Shown piece by piece: positions 49,410-57,724 of a stretch of 64,000 nucleotides of DNA. The DNA lies in NCBI GenBank assembly GCA_036269135.1, contig DATASQ010000050.1, positions 28,734 through 92,733 of the forward strand, given 5' to 3'. The notes beneath the pieces are model-generated. The model had not been told where the DNA came from and searched no databases. It saw only the letters and a program-made list of their open reading frames with translations. The first letter of the stretch is position 1. The number at the start of each line of letters is the position of its first letter. The position numbers and the translations under genes are program-made. The stretch comes from Acidobacteriaceae bacterium (lineage in GTDB: Bacteria > Acidobacteriota > Terriglobia > Terriglobales > Acidobacteriaceae).

Positions 49410-49912
49410 CGGTCCGCCACTCTGTTGGAACTATGCGGTTGATGTCGAATAAAAAAGTCGGATTGCGGCGGGGCGAGGCGGGCCTGACCCTTGTCGAGCT
49501 CATTGTCACCGTTGCCATCCTCTCCATCCTGGCTTCGGCGGCCGTCCCCATCGCGCGTTTTCAGGTCAAACGTGAAAAGGAACGCATGCTCCGCTACGAC
49601 CTTTGGCAGATGCGCCGCGCCATCGACAACTACAAGGACGCCGCGGATAAGAACGCCTTCCGCACCAAGATCGACAGTCAGGGGTACCCGCCCGATTTGC
49701 AGACCCTGGTCGACGGCGTCGACGTGCAGGGCAAGAAGCTGCGCTTCCTCCGCCGCATCCCCGTCGATCCTATGACCGGGGATACCGACTGGGGCCTGCG
49801 CTCCATGCAGGACGACCCCGACAGCGATTCCTGGGGCGGCCAGAATGTCTTCGATGTCTATTCAAAATCCACGGGAACCGCGCTGGACGGAACCAAATAT
49901 TCGGACTGGTAA
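49406..49912 (+). CDS. GspG-like pseudopilin (type IV prepilin-type N-terminal signal)
   Basis: Prepilin motif 'GEAG|LTLVELIVTVAILSILASAAVP' (Glu at +5). GspG-like 'RRIPVDPMTGDTDWGL'. GTG 49406 overlaps the secretin stop (GTGA); ATG 49433 or 49442 are alternatives. Confidence 0.8.
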   Translation: MTVRHSVGTMRLMSNKKVGLRRGEAGLTLVELIVTVAILSILASAAVPIARFQVKREKERMLRYDLWQMRRAIDNYKDAADKNAFRTKIDSQGYPPDLQTLVDGVDVQGKKLRFLRRIPVDPMTGDTDWGLRSMQDDPDSDSWGGQNVFDVYSKSTGTALDGTKYSDW

Positions 49913-49916
49913 ACCT

Positions 49917-50327
49917 TTGTTGCTGAAACCACCCATTCATTCGAACGACCGCGGCTTCACTCTGATTGAGCTGATGGTCGTCATGCTCATCATCAGCGTG
50001 CTCGCTGCGGTGGCCATTCCCAGCTTTGTCGCCGCCATTCGCAACGCGAAGGAAGCCGCTCTCAAAGAAGACCTGCACGTGATGCGGGACGCTATCGACT
50101 CCTACACCATGGATAAGAACCAGGCTCCCCAGTCCCTCGACGACCTGGTGCAGAACGGCTATCTGAAGTCGATCCCGAGCGATCCCATGACCCACAGCAC
50201 CGAGACCTGGCAGACCACCAGCGATGAAACCTACTCTGACCTGGACCAGACCCAGCCCGGCATCACCGACGTGCACAGCGGCTCGGAAGAAGTTGGCACC
50301 AACGGCCAGCCTTACTCAAGCTGGTAG
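49917..50327 (+). CDS. GspG-like pseudopilin, second copy
   Basis: 'NDRG|FTLIELMVVMLIISVLAAVAIPSF' (Glu at +5), 'YLKSIPSDPMT'. Probable TTG start at 49917 or 49920, just after the upstream stop. Ends 'PYSSW', like the neighbour's 'KYSDW'. Confidence 0.8.
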   Translation: MLLKPPIHSNDRGFTLIELMVVMLIISVLAAVAIPSFVAAIRNAKEAALKEDLHVMRDAIDSYTMDKNQAPQSLDDLVQNGYLKSIPSDPMTHSTETWQTTSDETYSDLDQTQPGITDVHSGSEEVGTNGQPYSSW

Positions 50328-50368
50328 CGAAGCGAATCCCCTCGACGTGACAGAATGTCTGTTGCGCC

Positions 50369-51091
50369 ATGAAGCTACGCAGCCTCCACGCCGTTTACGA
50401 TCGCTACGAAACGCTCACCCGCCTGGCGCGCGATCGCTTCGCCGGCTCCCTGGCCGGCAAGCTGCTGCTCGGCGCCGGTCTCGACTCGGAACAATCGGCC
50501 ACGCTGGTCGCCGCCAGCATCGCCGGCGCCTGCTCCCTTTGCGTCGAGCCTGAGGCGGAACGCCTGCGCGAAGCTCTGCGCGCCGGGCTGTGTGATTTCG
50601 TCGTCACGCCCCTCGATGAAGCGCTGCGTATTCTCAAGAACGAACTGCGCCGCGGTTTGCCGGTCGTCGTGGGCCTCGCCAGCGATCCGGACTCCGCCCT
50701 CGCCGCGATGATCGACCGCGGCCTGCAGCCGGACCTGGTCTCCCTGCCGCTCGGGGAGCCGCTCCGAAGCTTCGTCGATCGCGGCGCGCTGGCTCTGTCC
50801 GAGCGCGATTCTTCCGACCCCGCCACTGTCCTGATGGAATGGACCTTCTCCTCGGATGCCGCACGGTCGATGCCGCAGATCGCCCAAATCGCCGCGCGGA
50901 TTCTCGACCCTGCGCGCCCCGATACTCCCCTGCGGCAACATTGGCTCGCGACCGCTCCGCGCCACCTCGGCCGCGGCTTCGCGGCGCGTCAGTGCCTGGG
51001 AATGTCCGCCGCCGAGTCCACCGCCTTCATCGCGACAGCCCGCACGCAATTCCCCGCGATTCATCTCACGCGCGAGGGCCAGGACCTCTGA
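50369..51091 (+). CDS. Hypothetical protein resembling a truncated, NAD-motif-less urocanase (HutU) central domain
   Basis: 240 aa. 'YETLTRLARDRFAGSLAGKLLLGAGLDSEQSATLVAASIAGACSLCVE...LDEALRILK...IDRGLQPDLVS' parallels, from memory, HutU 'YETF...[35 protein letters not shown]...LDDAL...[13 protein letters not shown]'. The GGMGGAQP loop is replaced. Confidence 0.55.
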   Translation: MKLRSLHAVYDRYETLTRLARDRFAGSLAGKLLLGAGLDSEQSATLVAASIAGACSLCVEPEAERLREALRAGLCDFVVTPLDEALRILKNELRRGLPVVVGLASDPDSALAAMIDRGLQPDLVSLPLGEPLRSFVDRGALALSERDSSDPATVLMEWTFSSDAARSMPQIAQIAARILDPARPDTPLRQHWLATAPRHLGRGFAARQCLGMSAAESTAFIATARTQFPAIHLTREGQDL

Positions 51092-51172
51092 TCGCCCCTT
51101 CCCGGCGCATCTTTTCCGTTTCATCCCGTGTCTTAATCGTTGTACGATCCTGCAACGGAGGTCCTTCACCGC

Positions 51173-51466
51173 ATGGGGGCACAATCCGAAATTCCCCGGT
51201 TCGCATCCCAGCCGGAGCCCGTCCGGCAAACCCCGCAAGAGCTTCAGGATGAGCAACGAAAACTCCGCCGCCTGCAGATCATGGTCAACATGGTCATGTC
51301 CGTTATCAGCCAGGATCTGTCTCTGACCATCGATGAGGCTTCGGAAATGGTGGCCGACACCCGCCGCGCCGCTCTGGCTATGTTTCCTGGCAAGGAACTG
51401 GCCTTCGACCTGCTCTATAAGCCGCGCCTGCAGCGCCTCATGCGCGAGCGCTATCGAATCCACTAG
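51173..51466 (+). CDS. Small hypothetical protein (97 aa)
   Basis: ATG 51173 lies 11 nt after GGAGG (51157-61), on the same strand as the preceding four genes. No recognisable family. Coding status supported only by position and RBS. Confidence 0.4.
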   Translation: MGAQSEIPRFASQPEPVRQTPQELQDEQRKLRRLQIMVNMVMSVISQDLSLTIDEASEMVADTRRAALAMFPGKELAFDLLYKPRLQRLMRERYRIH

Positions 51467-51469
51467 CTT

Positions 51470-52294
51470 TTACCTGGGCTCCATCGACGTCAGCCGGAAG
51501 GTGATGGTTCCCCAGAACAGCCGCGCCCGCATCTGCACCGGAATGTGCCGTGCGTCATCGGTGTACCAGACCCAGATATTGCCCCGCGCCTTCACCGTGC
51601 CTGCCTCGGCGGTCGGCTGCACCCGAATCGTCGGGTACGTCCCCAGCGGCGTCTTCACCGTCTCGCGCGCCTCCACCTTCATCGTCACCGTCACCGTGTG
51701 CATGGCATCGGCGACCGGCACGCGAAAGCTCTGTCCCGGGACCAGATTCTGCGAAGCGGGATAGAAAATGGCAGACAGCAAATCTGTCACGCACGGGCCC
51801 ACCGGCGTCTCCTGGTGCTTGCTGGTTCCCTTCACCAGATTCTTCTCGTTCAGGATGGCCTTGCGCTGCGCATAATCGAACTTCAGATCCGTGCTGACCT
51901 GGCGATGCCCTTCCTGCAGCTGCTTCGCGAATCCGGCCGAGCATCCCGTGCGCCGGTTAAACGACGACTGAAAGTGATCGACTACCCGATAGATCAGATT
52001 GATCGCTCCCAGCGTTTCGCCGGTGGCCGTCACTCGCTCCTCATCGCCCTGCTGCTCCAGATGAAAGGAACTCGTGCCTGCCGGAAAAACCCGCCAGTCC
52101 ACGGCATAATTCAGCGTCAGATGCGCCGGATAGCTGTAACCCGGCTGCGGAGAAATGAGCGGAACCGGAGCCGGCGGGGGTGCCTGGGCGCCGGCTCCCA
52201 TCACCGCCAGAACCATGCCGCCCATCAGCACTCTCGCCATCCGCCGGACGCACCGCGCGCGCCCGCGGGCAATAACATCAATAGACCCGCTCAA
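51470..52294 (-). CDS. DUF3108-family secreted protein
   Basis: Signal peptide 'MARVLMGGMVLAVMGAGAQA' (an internal start at 52240 is possible). 'LNYAVDWRVFPAGTSSFHLE...LIYRVVDHFQSSF...WVWYTDDARHIPVQMRARLFWGTITFRL' fits my recollection of DUF3108. Confidence 0.65.
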   Translation of the reverse strand: MSGSIDVIARGRARCVRRMARVLMGGMVLAVMGAGAQAPPPAPVPLISPQPGYSYPAHLTLNYAVDWRVFPAGTSSFHLEQQGDEERVTATGETLGAINLIYRVVDHFQSSFNRRTGCSAGFAKQLQEGHRQVSTDLKFDYAQRKAILNEKNLVKGTSKHQETPVGPCVTDLLSAIFYPASQNLVPGQSFRVPVADAMHTVTVTMKVEARETVKTPLGTYPTIRVQPTAEAGTVKARGNIWVWYTDDARHIPVQMRARLFWGTITFRLTSMEPR

Positions 52295-52303
52295 TCGATT
52301 CCT

Positions 52304-52861
52304 TTACCTCATCATGAACATCAGCTTCAGGATGAGAGCAGCATACATGGCCGCCGCTCCCAGCAATGCGTTGGTTTCGCGATGTTTCCGGTAGAGTACC
52401 GCCGAAAATACCCCGCCTGCCTCGCCCGGCTGTTTCGATGATGAGATGCGTGGAACGAGCCGCGGCACCCGCTCCGCATACGCATCGAATCCCGGAAACG
52501 CCGACCGCAGATATTCCTCTTCCCCGCGGATCACGGGAATGTAGATGGCCGCAAACAGAACCACCATGGCCAGCGCGATCCACACACTGCGCGCCGCCAC
52601 GGCAAAACCGAACGCGATCAGCATCGATCCTAAATAAAGAGGATTCCGTGTGTGCGCATAGGGCCCCGTCACCGTCAGCTCCGCATTCTTCTTCACGTAC
52701 CCGGACGCATATCCCCGCAGCAGCAAACCCGGCGCCACCAGGATCAGGCTCAGTCCCAGAAACAGCCAGCCCGGCCGCGCCAGCCAGAAATAAAACACGG
52801 CAAACGCGAAGCCCAGCGGTACACGGATCCGTCGCGCGACGCGCTTCCACTCCAGCGCCAC
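52304..52861 (-). CDS. ICMT/PEMT-family membrane methyltransferase (isoprenylcysteine carboxyl methyltransferase-like)
   Basis: 'GPYAHTRNPLYLGSMLIAFGFAV...IRGEEEYLRSAFPGFDAY' is the C-terminal ICMT signature. GTG 52861 overlaps the upstream TAG stop by 1 nt (TAGTG). The longer ORF-track version would overlap the GT9 gene. Confidence 0.75.
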   Translation of the reverse strand: MALEWKRVARRIRVPLGFAFAVFYFWLARPGWLFLGLSLILVAPGLLLRGYASGYVKKNAELTVTGPYAHTRNPLYLGSMLIAFGFAVAARSVWIALAMVVLFAAIYIPVIRGEEEYLRSAFPGFDAYAERVPRLVPRISSSKQPGEAGGVFSAVLYRKHRETNALLGAAAMYAALILKLMFMMR

Positions 52862-53916
52862 TAGCGTTTCTCCCCTAACAGCTCGAGAGCCGCATGCGTC
52901 ACATCCTCGGGGGTAATGGTCAGCAGGCCCGCCTCCGGCTCGCTGCGCCGCGAGTGATCCCGCACGCTGTCCGGATGCCGCAGCACCCGGCTGCGGCAGT
53001 GGAACGGACCATTGCGCGCCGGGTCGGTCGGCCCAAAAATACCCACCACCGGCTGATTGAGCGCGCACGCCAGATGCAGCGGTCCCGTGTCGCCGGCAAT
53101 GGCCAGCGCCGCCCTTCGGGTCACGGCCATCAGTTCCGCCAGATCGAGCGTCATCGCCTGCGCCGCGCCTCCGCTGGTCTCGACAATCTCCCGCGCCAGA
53201 TGCTCCTCCGCCGGGGCGCTGTTGATCACCACCCCGTACCCCGCGTCAGCCAGACGCCGCGCCACCGCGCCGTAGCGCTCCGCCGGCCACCGCTTCGCTC
53301 CCCACCCGGCTCCAGGGCTCAACAGGACAAAGGGCTGTTGGATCTCCGCCGCCATCGCCTCTGCAACGGGATCATGCGGCAGCAGCGGCAGGGTCATCGG
53401 GAGCCGCTCGCGCAGAATCGCGTTCGCCACCTCCAGCGACTGCTCGATGACGTGAACGCCGCGCGTCGGCACTCGCTCATCGAAGAGCCACTTCGCCGCG
53501 AACTCCCGCGGCCTGGCTTCGCCAATCACATGCTCGGCCTTCGACCACCGCGCCACCATCGCCGAGCGCACCGCCCCCTGCAGATCCACAGCGATGTCGT
53601 ACTGCACCGCCCGCAGCTCTCGCCGCACGCGCCGAATATCCCCAAGCGTTGCCGGATTCAGCGGCGCCTTCGCCCACCGCTTCGCCGGCACCAGATGCAC
53701 CCGATCTACCAGCGGCATCTCCCCGTTCTTCGCGCAAAAGAGCCCCCGCCACTGCGGCTCGATGGCCCACCCGATCATCCATTCCGGATGCGCCTGGCGC
53801 AGCGCCGTCACCGCCGGCATTGAATGCAAAATATCGCCCATCGCGCCCAGACGCACCACGAGCAGGCGCACCTTCTGCGGGAAGTCCCGGGACTGATTTC
53901 CTGTGTTTGCGGGCAA
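52861..53916 (-). CDS. Glycosyltransferase family 9 (LPS heptosyltransferase, WaaC-like)
   Basis: 'LLVVRLGAMGDILHSMPAVTALR', 'LLSPGAGWGAKRWP', 'IAGDTGPLHLA'. Confidence 0.85.
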   Translation of the reverse strand: MPANTGNQSRDFPQKVRLLVVRLGAMGDILHSMPAVTALRQAHPEWMIGWAIEPQWRGLFCAKNGEMPLVDRVHLVPAKRWAKAPLNPATLGDIRRVRRELRAVQYDIAVDLQGAVRSAMVARWSKAEHVIGEARPREFAAKWLFDERVPTRGVHVIEQSLEVANAILRERLPMTLPLLPHDPVAEAMAAEIQQPFVLLSPGAGWGAKRWPAERYGAVARRLADAGYGVVINSAPAEEHLAREIVETSGGAAQAMTLDLAELMAVTRRAALAIAGDTGPLHLACALNQPVVGIFGPTDPARNGPFHCRSRVLRHPDSVRDHSRRSEPEAGLLTITPEDVTHAALELLGEKR

Positions 53917-53928
53917 TTATCTATTTTC

Positions 53929-54936
53929 TCACGCTCTGCGCGGAGATCCCGCACGGTTCGGCGCTCCTCCGGCCGCTGTCAGCAACGCGCTGAGCTGGTC
54001 CATCGCGGCCGCTTCTTCGCGCAGCCGCACCCTCAGTCGCGTCCCATGCACCGGCGCCGCTGCTTCCAGCAGCCGCAGCGTCTCGGGCGTCAGCCGCACC
54101 CGGTCCTTTTCCGTAGTCAGAAACGCATCGGCCCCATGCTGCCGCCGCAATTCAACCAGCTCCGCAGCGTCCGCTTCCGTGTAGAGATGGTGATCCCGCC
54201 AGGACCGCGTCGCCGCGACCTGCACCCCCTGGTCTCTCGCCCCGGAAAAGAATTCCTCCGGCCGCGCAATCGCGCAGAATGCCACCCCCCGCTGCACCTT
54301 CGGCACGTCAAGATGCCGTTCCATCCACCAGATCGGCTGCCGCAATCCGCGCTCCCGCAGCCCTGCTTCCAGATCGGCGTCCTCCTCGCGCAGCACCAGA
54401 ATCCCGGCTCGCCGCAATGACTCGAATCCCTCCCGCAGCCGCCCCGCCGGCAACAGCCGCGCAGAAAAGTCGCTGCGATGCAGCACCACAAGGTCCACAT
54501 CCCGCGCCAGCTGCCGATGCTGAAACCCATCATCCAGCAGATGCAGCCCCGCTCCGGCCGCCGCGCCTTCTGCCAGCACGCCCGCTGCATACCGGCTCGA
54601 CCCCACAAACACCGGCACGCCCGCTGCCCGCGCAATCAACAGCGGCTCGTCGCCAAACTCCTCCGCCCGTCCCTTTGGATCCACGCGCTCGACGGCATTC
54701 GACCGCCGCCCGTATCCGCGCGACAGCACATCCACCGCGACCCCGCGCTCCCGCAGCAGTTCCGCCAGCCGCATCGTCAGCGGCGTCTTCCCCGATCCGC
54801 CGACCGACAAGTTGCCGATGCTAACCACCGGCCACCGCAGACGCTTCGGCGTAATCCAGCCGCGATCGTACGCCGTATTCTTCGCCGCCACCGCCGCGGC
54901 ATAGAGCGGCGTCAGCGCACTCAGGACGCCCGTCAA
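53929..54936 (-). CDS. lpxK: Tetraacyldisaccharide 4'-kinase
   Basis: P-loop 'SIGNLSVGGSGKTP', 'LSRGYGR', 'LDDGFQH'. Confidence 0.9.
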   Translation of the reverse strand: MTGVLSALTPLYAAAVAAKNTAYDRGWITPKRLRWPVVSIGNLSVGGSGKTPLTMRLAELLRERGVAVDVLSRGYGRRSNAVERVDPKGRAEEFGDEPLLIARAAGVPVFVGSSRYAAGVLAEGAAAGAGLHLLDDGFQHRQLARDVDLVVLHRSDFSARLLPAGRLREGFESLRRAGILVLREEDADLEAGLRERGLRQPIWWMERHLDVPKVQRGVAFCAIARPEEFFSGARDQGVQVAATRSWRDHHLYTEADAAELVELRRQHGADAFLTTEKDRVRLTPETLRLLEAAAPVHGTRLRVRLREEAAAMDQLSALLTAAGGAPNRAGSPRRA

Positions 54937-56237
54937 CCCCGCGCCCCCGCGTGCGCGGAATCAGCCGTTCCCACCCGCAAGACCTCCAGCAGCGCCGTGA
55001 CCGACCGCTCCGTCGCCCCCGCTTCGCTCTCGAAAACCTCACGCCCCCGCGCTCCCATGGCGCGGATTTCAGGCGCGCTGCTCAGCATCTCCGCCAGCGC
55101 AACGCTTAGCCCCACACGCTCCACAAGCCGAATCGCCTCCCGCGCGCGCAGCCTCTCCACGATCCCGCGAAAATTCTCATAGCTGGTTCCCATCGCCACC
55201 GGCACGCCGAACTGCGCCGCCTCCAGCGGATTATGCCCGCCCGCCGGAACCAGGCTTCCCCCCACGAAAGCCGCCGTCGCCAGCGAATACACCGACGCCA
55301 GCTCCCCGATGGAATCCAGCAGAACCACCGTCCCTGGCTCGATGCGCGCCGGCGCTCCAGCCCACACCGACCGCCGCACCCACCGCACGCCCCGCCGCTC
55401 CAGCAAACTCGCGACTTCCCCAAATCGCTCCGGATGCCGCGGCGCCAGGATCGTCACCGCCTCGGCCGGCATCGCGTCGAGCAGCATCTCCTCTTCCCCG
55501 GCCAGCGTCGATCCGCACACCAGCACCGGCGCGCCCGGCGACCGATGCGCGCGCAGCAGCATCGTCACAGCGGCAGGCTTCGCCACCCGTACATCGAATT
55601 TCAGATTTCCCGCCACGCGCACATTCGTCACGCCCAGGACCCGCAGCCGCTCCGCATCAAGATCGCTCTGGGCCAGGGCCACCGTCACGCCGCGCAGGAT
55701 GCGCCGCCATATCCACGCCAGCCGCCGATACCGCGGCCACGACCGATCCGAAATCCGCGCGTTCACCACGGCCACCGGAATCCCCGCCCGCCGGCACTCC
55801 GCCAGCATCCGCGGCCAGAACTCCGTCTCCGCCAGCACCAGCATCCGCGGACGCACCGCCCGCAGCCACGCCCGCACCGCCCATCCGAAATCCAGCGGAA
55901 AATAAAACACTCGTTCCGCGCCGAAGCGTTCCCGCGCCAGCCTCTGCCCGGTCCGCGTCGTCGTCGATATCATCACCCGCCAGCCCGCCCCGGACTCCGC
56001 CAGCCGCCGCTCCAGTTCCTCGATCAGCCGGCTCGCCGCCAGCACCTCGCCCACCGACACCGCGTGGATCCAGATGCGCGGCTCCGCACCCAGCGTCCCG
56101 CGAACCCGCGCCGGAACCCGCCCCAGCCGCTCCCCCAGGCCCTCCCGGTACTTGCCGCTCGTCGCCATGCGCAGCAGCCACCAGGGACTGCCCACCACCA
56201 GAACCAGCAACAGCGCCACGCTGTACAGGATCAGCAT
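54933..56237 (-). CDS. waaA: 3-deoxy-D-manno-octulosonic acid (Kdo) transferase
   Basis: 'IWIHAVSVGEV', 'APRHPERF', 'FVGGSLVPAGGHNPLEAA'. 4-nt overlap with lpxK. Confidence 0.9.
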   Translation of the reverse strand: MLILYSVALLLVLVVGSPWWLLRMATSGKYREGLGERLGRVPARVRGTLGAEPRIWIHAVSVGEVLAASRLIEELERRLAESGAGWRVMISTTTRTGQRLARERFGAERVFYFPLDFGWAVRAWLRAVRPRMLVLAETEFWPRMLAECRRAGIPVAVVNARISDRSWPRYRRLAWIWRRILRGVTVALAQSDLDAERLRVLGVTNVRVAGNLKFDVRVAKPAAVTMLLRAHRSPGAPVLVCGSTLAGEEEMLLDAMPAEAVTILAPRHPERFGEVASLLERRGVRWVRRSVWAGAPARIEPGTVVLLDSIGELASVYSLATAAFVGGSLVPAGGHNPLEAAQFGVPVAMGTSYENFRGIVERLRAREAIRLVERVGLSVALAEMLSSAPEIRAMGARGREVFESEAGATERSVTALLEVLRVGTADSAHAGARG

Positions 56238-56282
56238 CCGCTTACCAATCTCGCCTTCCGCATGTCATAAGGCAAGAGGATA

Positions 56283-56951
56283 ATGGTCTGCATGCGCGCA
56301 CGCCCGCCCCGCTCCTGCCCGCGAGCCATCCGCTGGATTCTCCCCATTCTTCTCGCCGCTTCAGCTCTTCCGCTCCTTGCCGCCGATCTGCCCCCCGCCA
56401 AAGCCGCCACCGCTTATCCCGCTGTCGATAACCACGCCAAAGAACAGGTCGCCATTGCCGCCGTCCCCTTCGATTCGGCGCACGACTGCAAAATCTTCAC
56501 CGTGGACTTCCTCAAGTATCGCTTCCTGCCTGTCCGCATCATCGTCACCAACAATAGCGACCGTCCCATCTCCCTGCGCGACGCGCGCATCTTCTTCATC
56601 AGCGCCAACGGCGACCGCATTCCCGCCGCCGAGCCCGAAGACGTGGAGCGCCGCGTGAGCGCCAAAGACAGCCGCGGCCGGGACATCCCCGTCGGCCCCA
56701 TTAAGATCCACACCAAAGGCAAGGACTCCGACAACAAAATTGAAGCCGACTTCGACCAGTGGGAGTACTCCGCGCTGGTGGTCGAGCCGCACACCACCCA
56801 CGACGGCTTCCTCTTCTACGACGTCGACGGCCTCGGCGATACGCCCCTGCGCAATGCAAAACTGGTCCTGCGCGAACTGCGCAACGCCGACGGCCAGCAG
56901 CTTTTCTATTTTGAAATTCCCTTTAACAAGTATCTCGACGCTCGGCATTGA
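56283..56951 (+). CDS. Secreted hypothetical protein
   Basis: Signal peptide 'IRWILPILLAASALPLLAA'. 222 aa, beta-rich, no recognisable motif. Divergent from waaA. Confidence 0.5.
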   Translation: MVCMRARPPRSCPRAIRWILPILLAASALPLLAADLPPAKAATAYPAVDNHAKEQVAIAAVPFDSAHDCKIFTVDFLKYRFLPVRIIVTNNSDRPISLRDARIFFISANGDRIPAAEPEDVERRVSAKDSRGRDIPVGPIKIHTKGKDSDNKIEADFDQWEYSALVVEPHTTHDGFLFYDVDGLGDTPLRNAKLVLRELRNADGQQLFYFEIPFNKYLDARH

Positions 56952-57037
56952 TCGGGTCGGTGCTCTCTGAGTCCTGCCCGGAAAGTGGTTGCGCCCGCTG
57001 GCTCCCCGCTGTGAGCTACGGGCTGCCGGCTGCTCCC

Positions 57038-57718
57038 CTACACGCCCTTTTTCTGCGGCTCCCAGATGTATTTGTGAATCTGCAGGCTCACCCGCGCCGG
57101 CAGCCCGTCGGCCAGCATCCACTCCACCAGCTCCCGCGGATCCAGCAGGCAGTTCCCCGTCGTCCGCTCCGGCACCGGCGTCTTCGTGAAGGCCGGGGAC
57201 AGCAGCACCTGTCCGGCGCGCGTCTCCAGCCGATGCTCCCGGATGAAGTCCCGCGCGAATTCGTAATCCGTACGGTTCGCAATTACAAACTTCACCTCGT
57301 CGCGCTCCGTCAGGCAATCGAGATTCGCCAGTCGAAAACGGCCGCCCTCGCCCGACCCCGGACATTTCACGTCCACAATTTTGTGCACCGCCCGCGGCAC
57401 ACGCTCCAGCGGACGCTCGCCGCTGGTCTCGATCATCAGCTCGTACCCTGCTCCCAGGAGCCGCTCCATGAGTGGGATTACCTCGCGCTCCTGCAGCAAG
57501 GGCTCCCCACCCGTGAACTCAATGAGCTTCACCGGCGCCAGCTTCTCGATCTCCGCGACCACCTCGTCTGCGGTCATCTTCGTGCCGCCCGAAAACGTAT
57601 ATTCCGAGTCGCACCACGAGCAGCGCAGATTGCACCCCGCCAGCCGCACAAAAATGCACGGCAGCCCGGCGAAGCTCGATTCGCCCTGGACGGATTTGTA
57701 GATTTCGATGAGATACAA
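57038..57718 (-). CDS. queE: 7-carboxy-7-deazaguanine synthase (radical SAM)
   Basis: 'IYKSVQGESSFAGLPCIFVRLAGCNLRCSWCDSEY' (CX3CX2C cluster). Confidence 0.9.
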   Translation of the reverse strand: MYLIEIYKSVQGESSFAGLPCIFVRLAGCNLRCSWCDSEYTFSGGTKMTADEVVAEIEKLAPVKLIEFTGGEPLLQEREVIPLMERLLGAGYELMIETSGERPLERVPRAVHKIVDVKCPGSGEGGRFRLANLDCLTERDEVKFVIANRTDYEFARDFIREHRLETRAGQVLLSPAFTKTPVPERTTGNCLLDPRELVEWMLADGLPARVSLQIHKYIWEPQKKGV

Positions 57719-57724
57719 GGGTCG

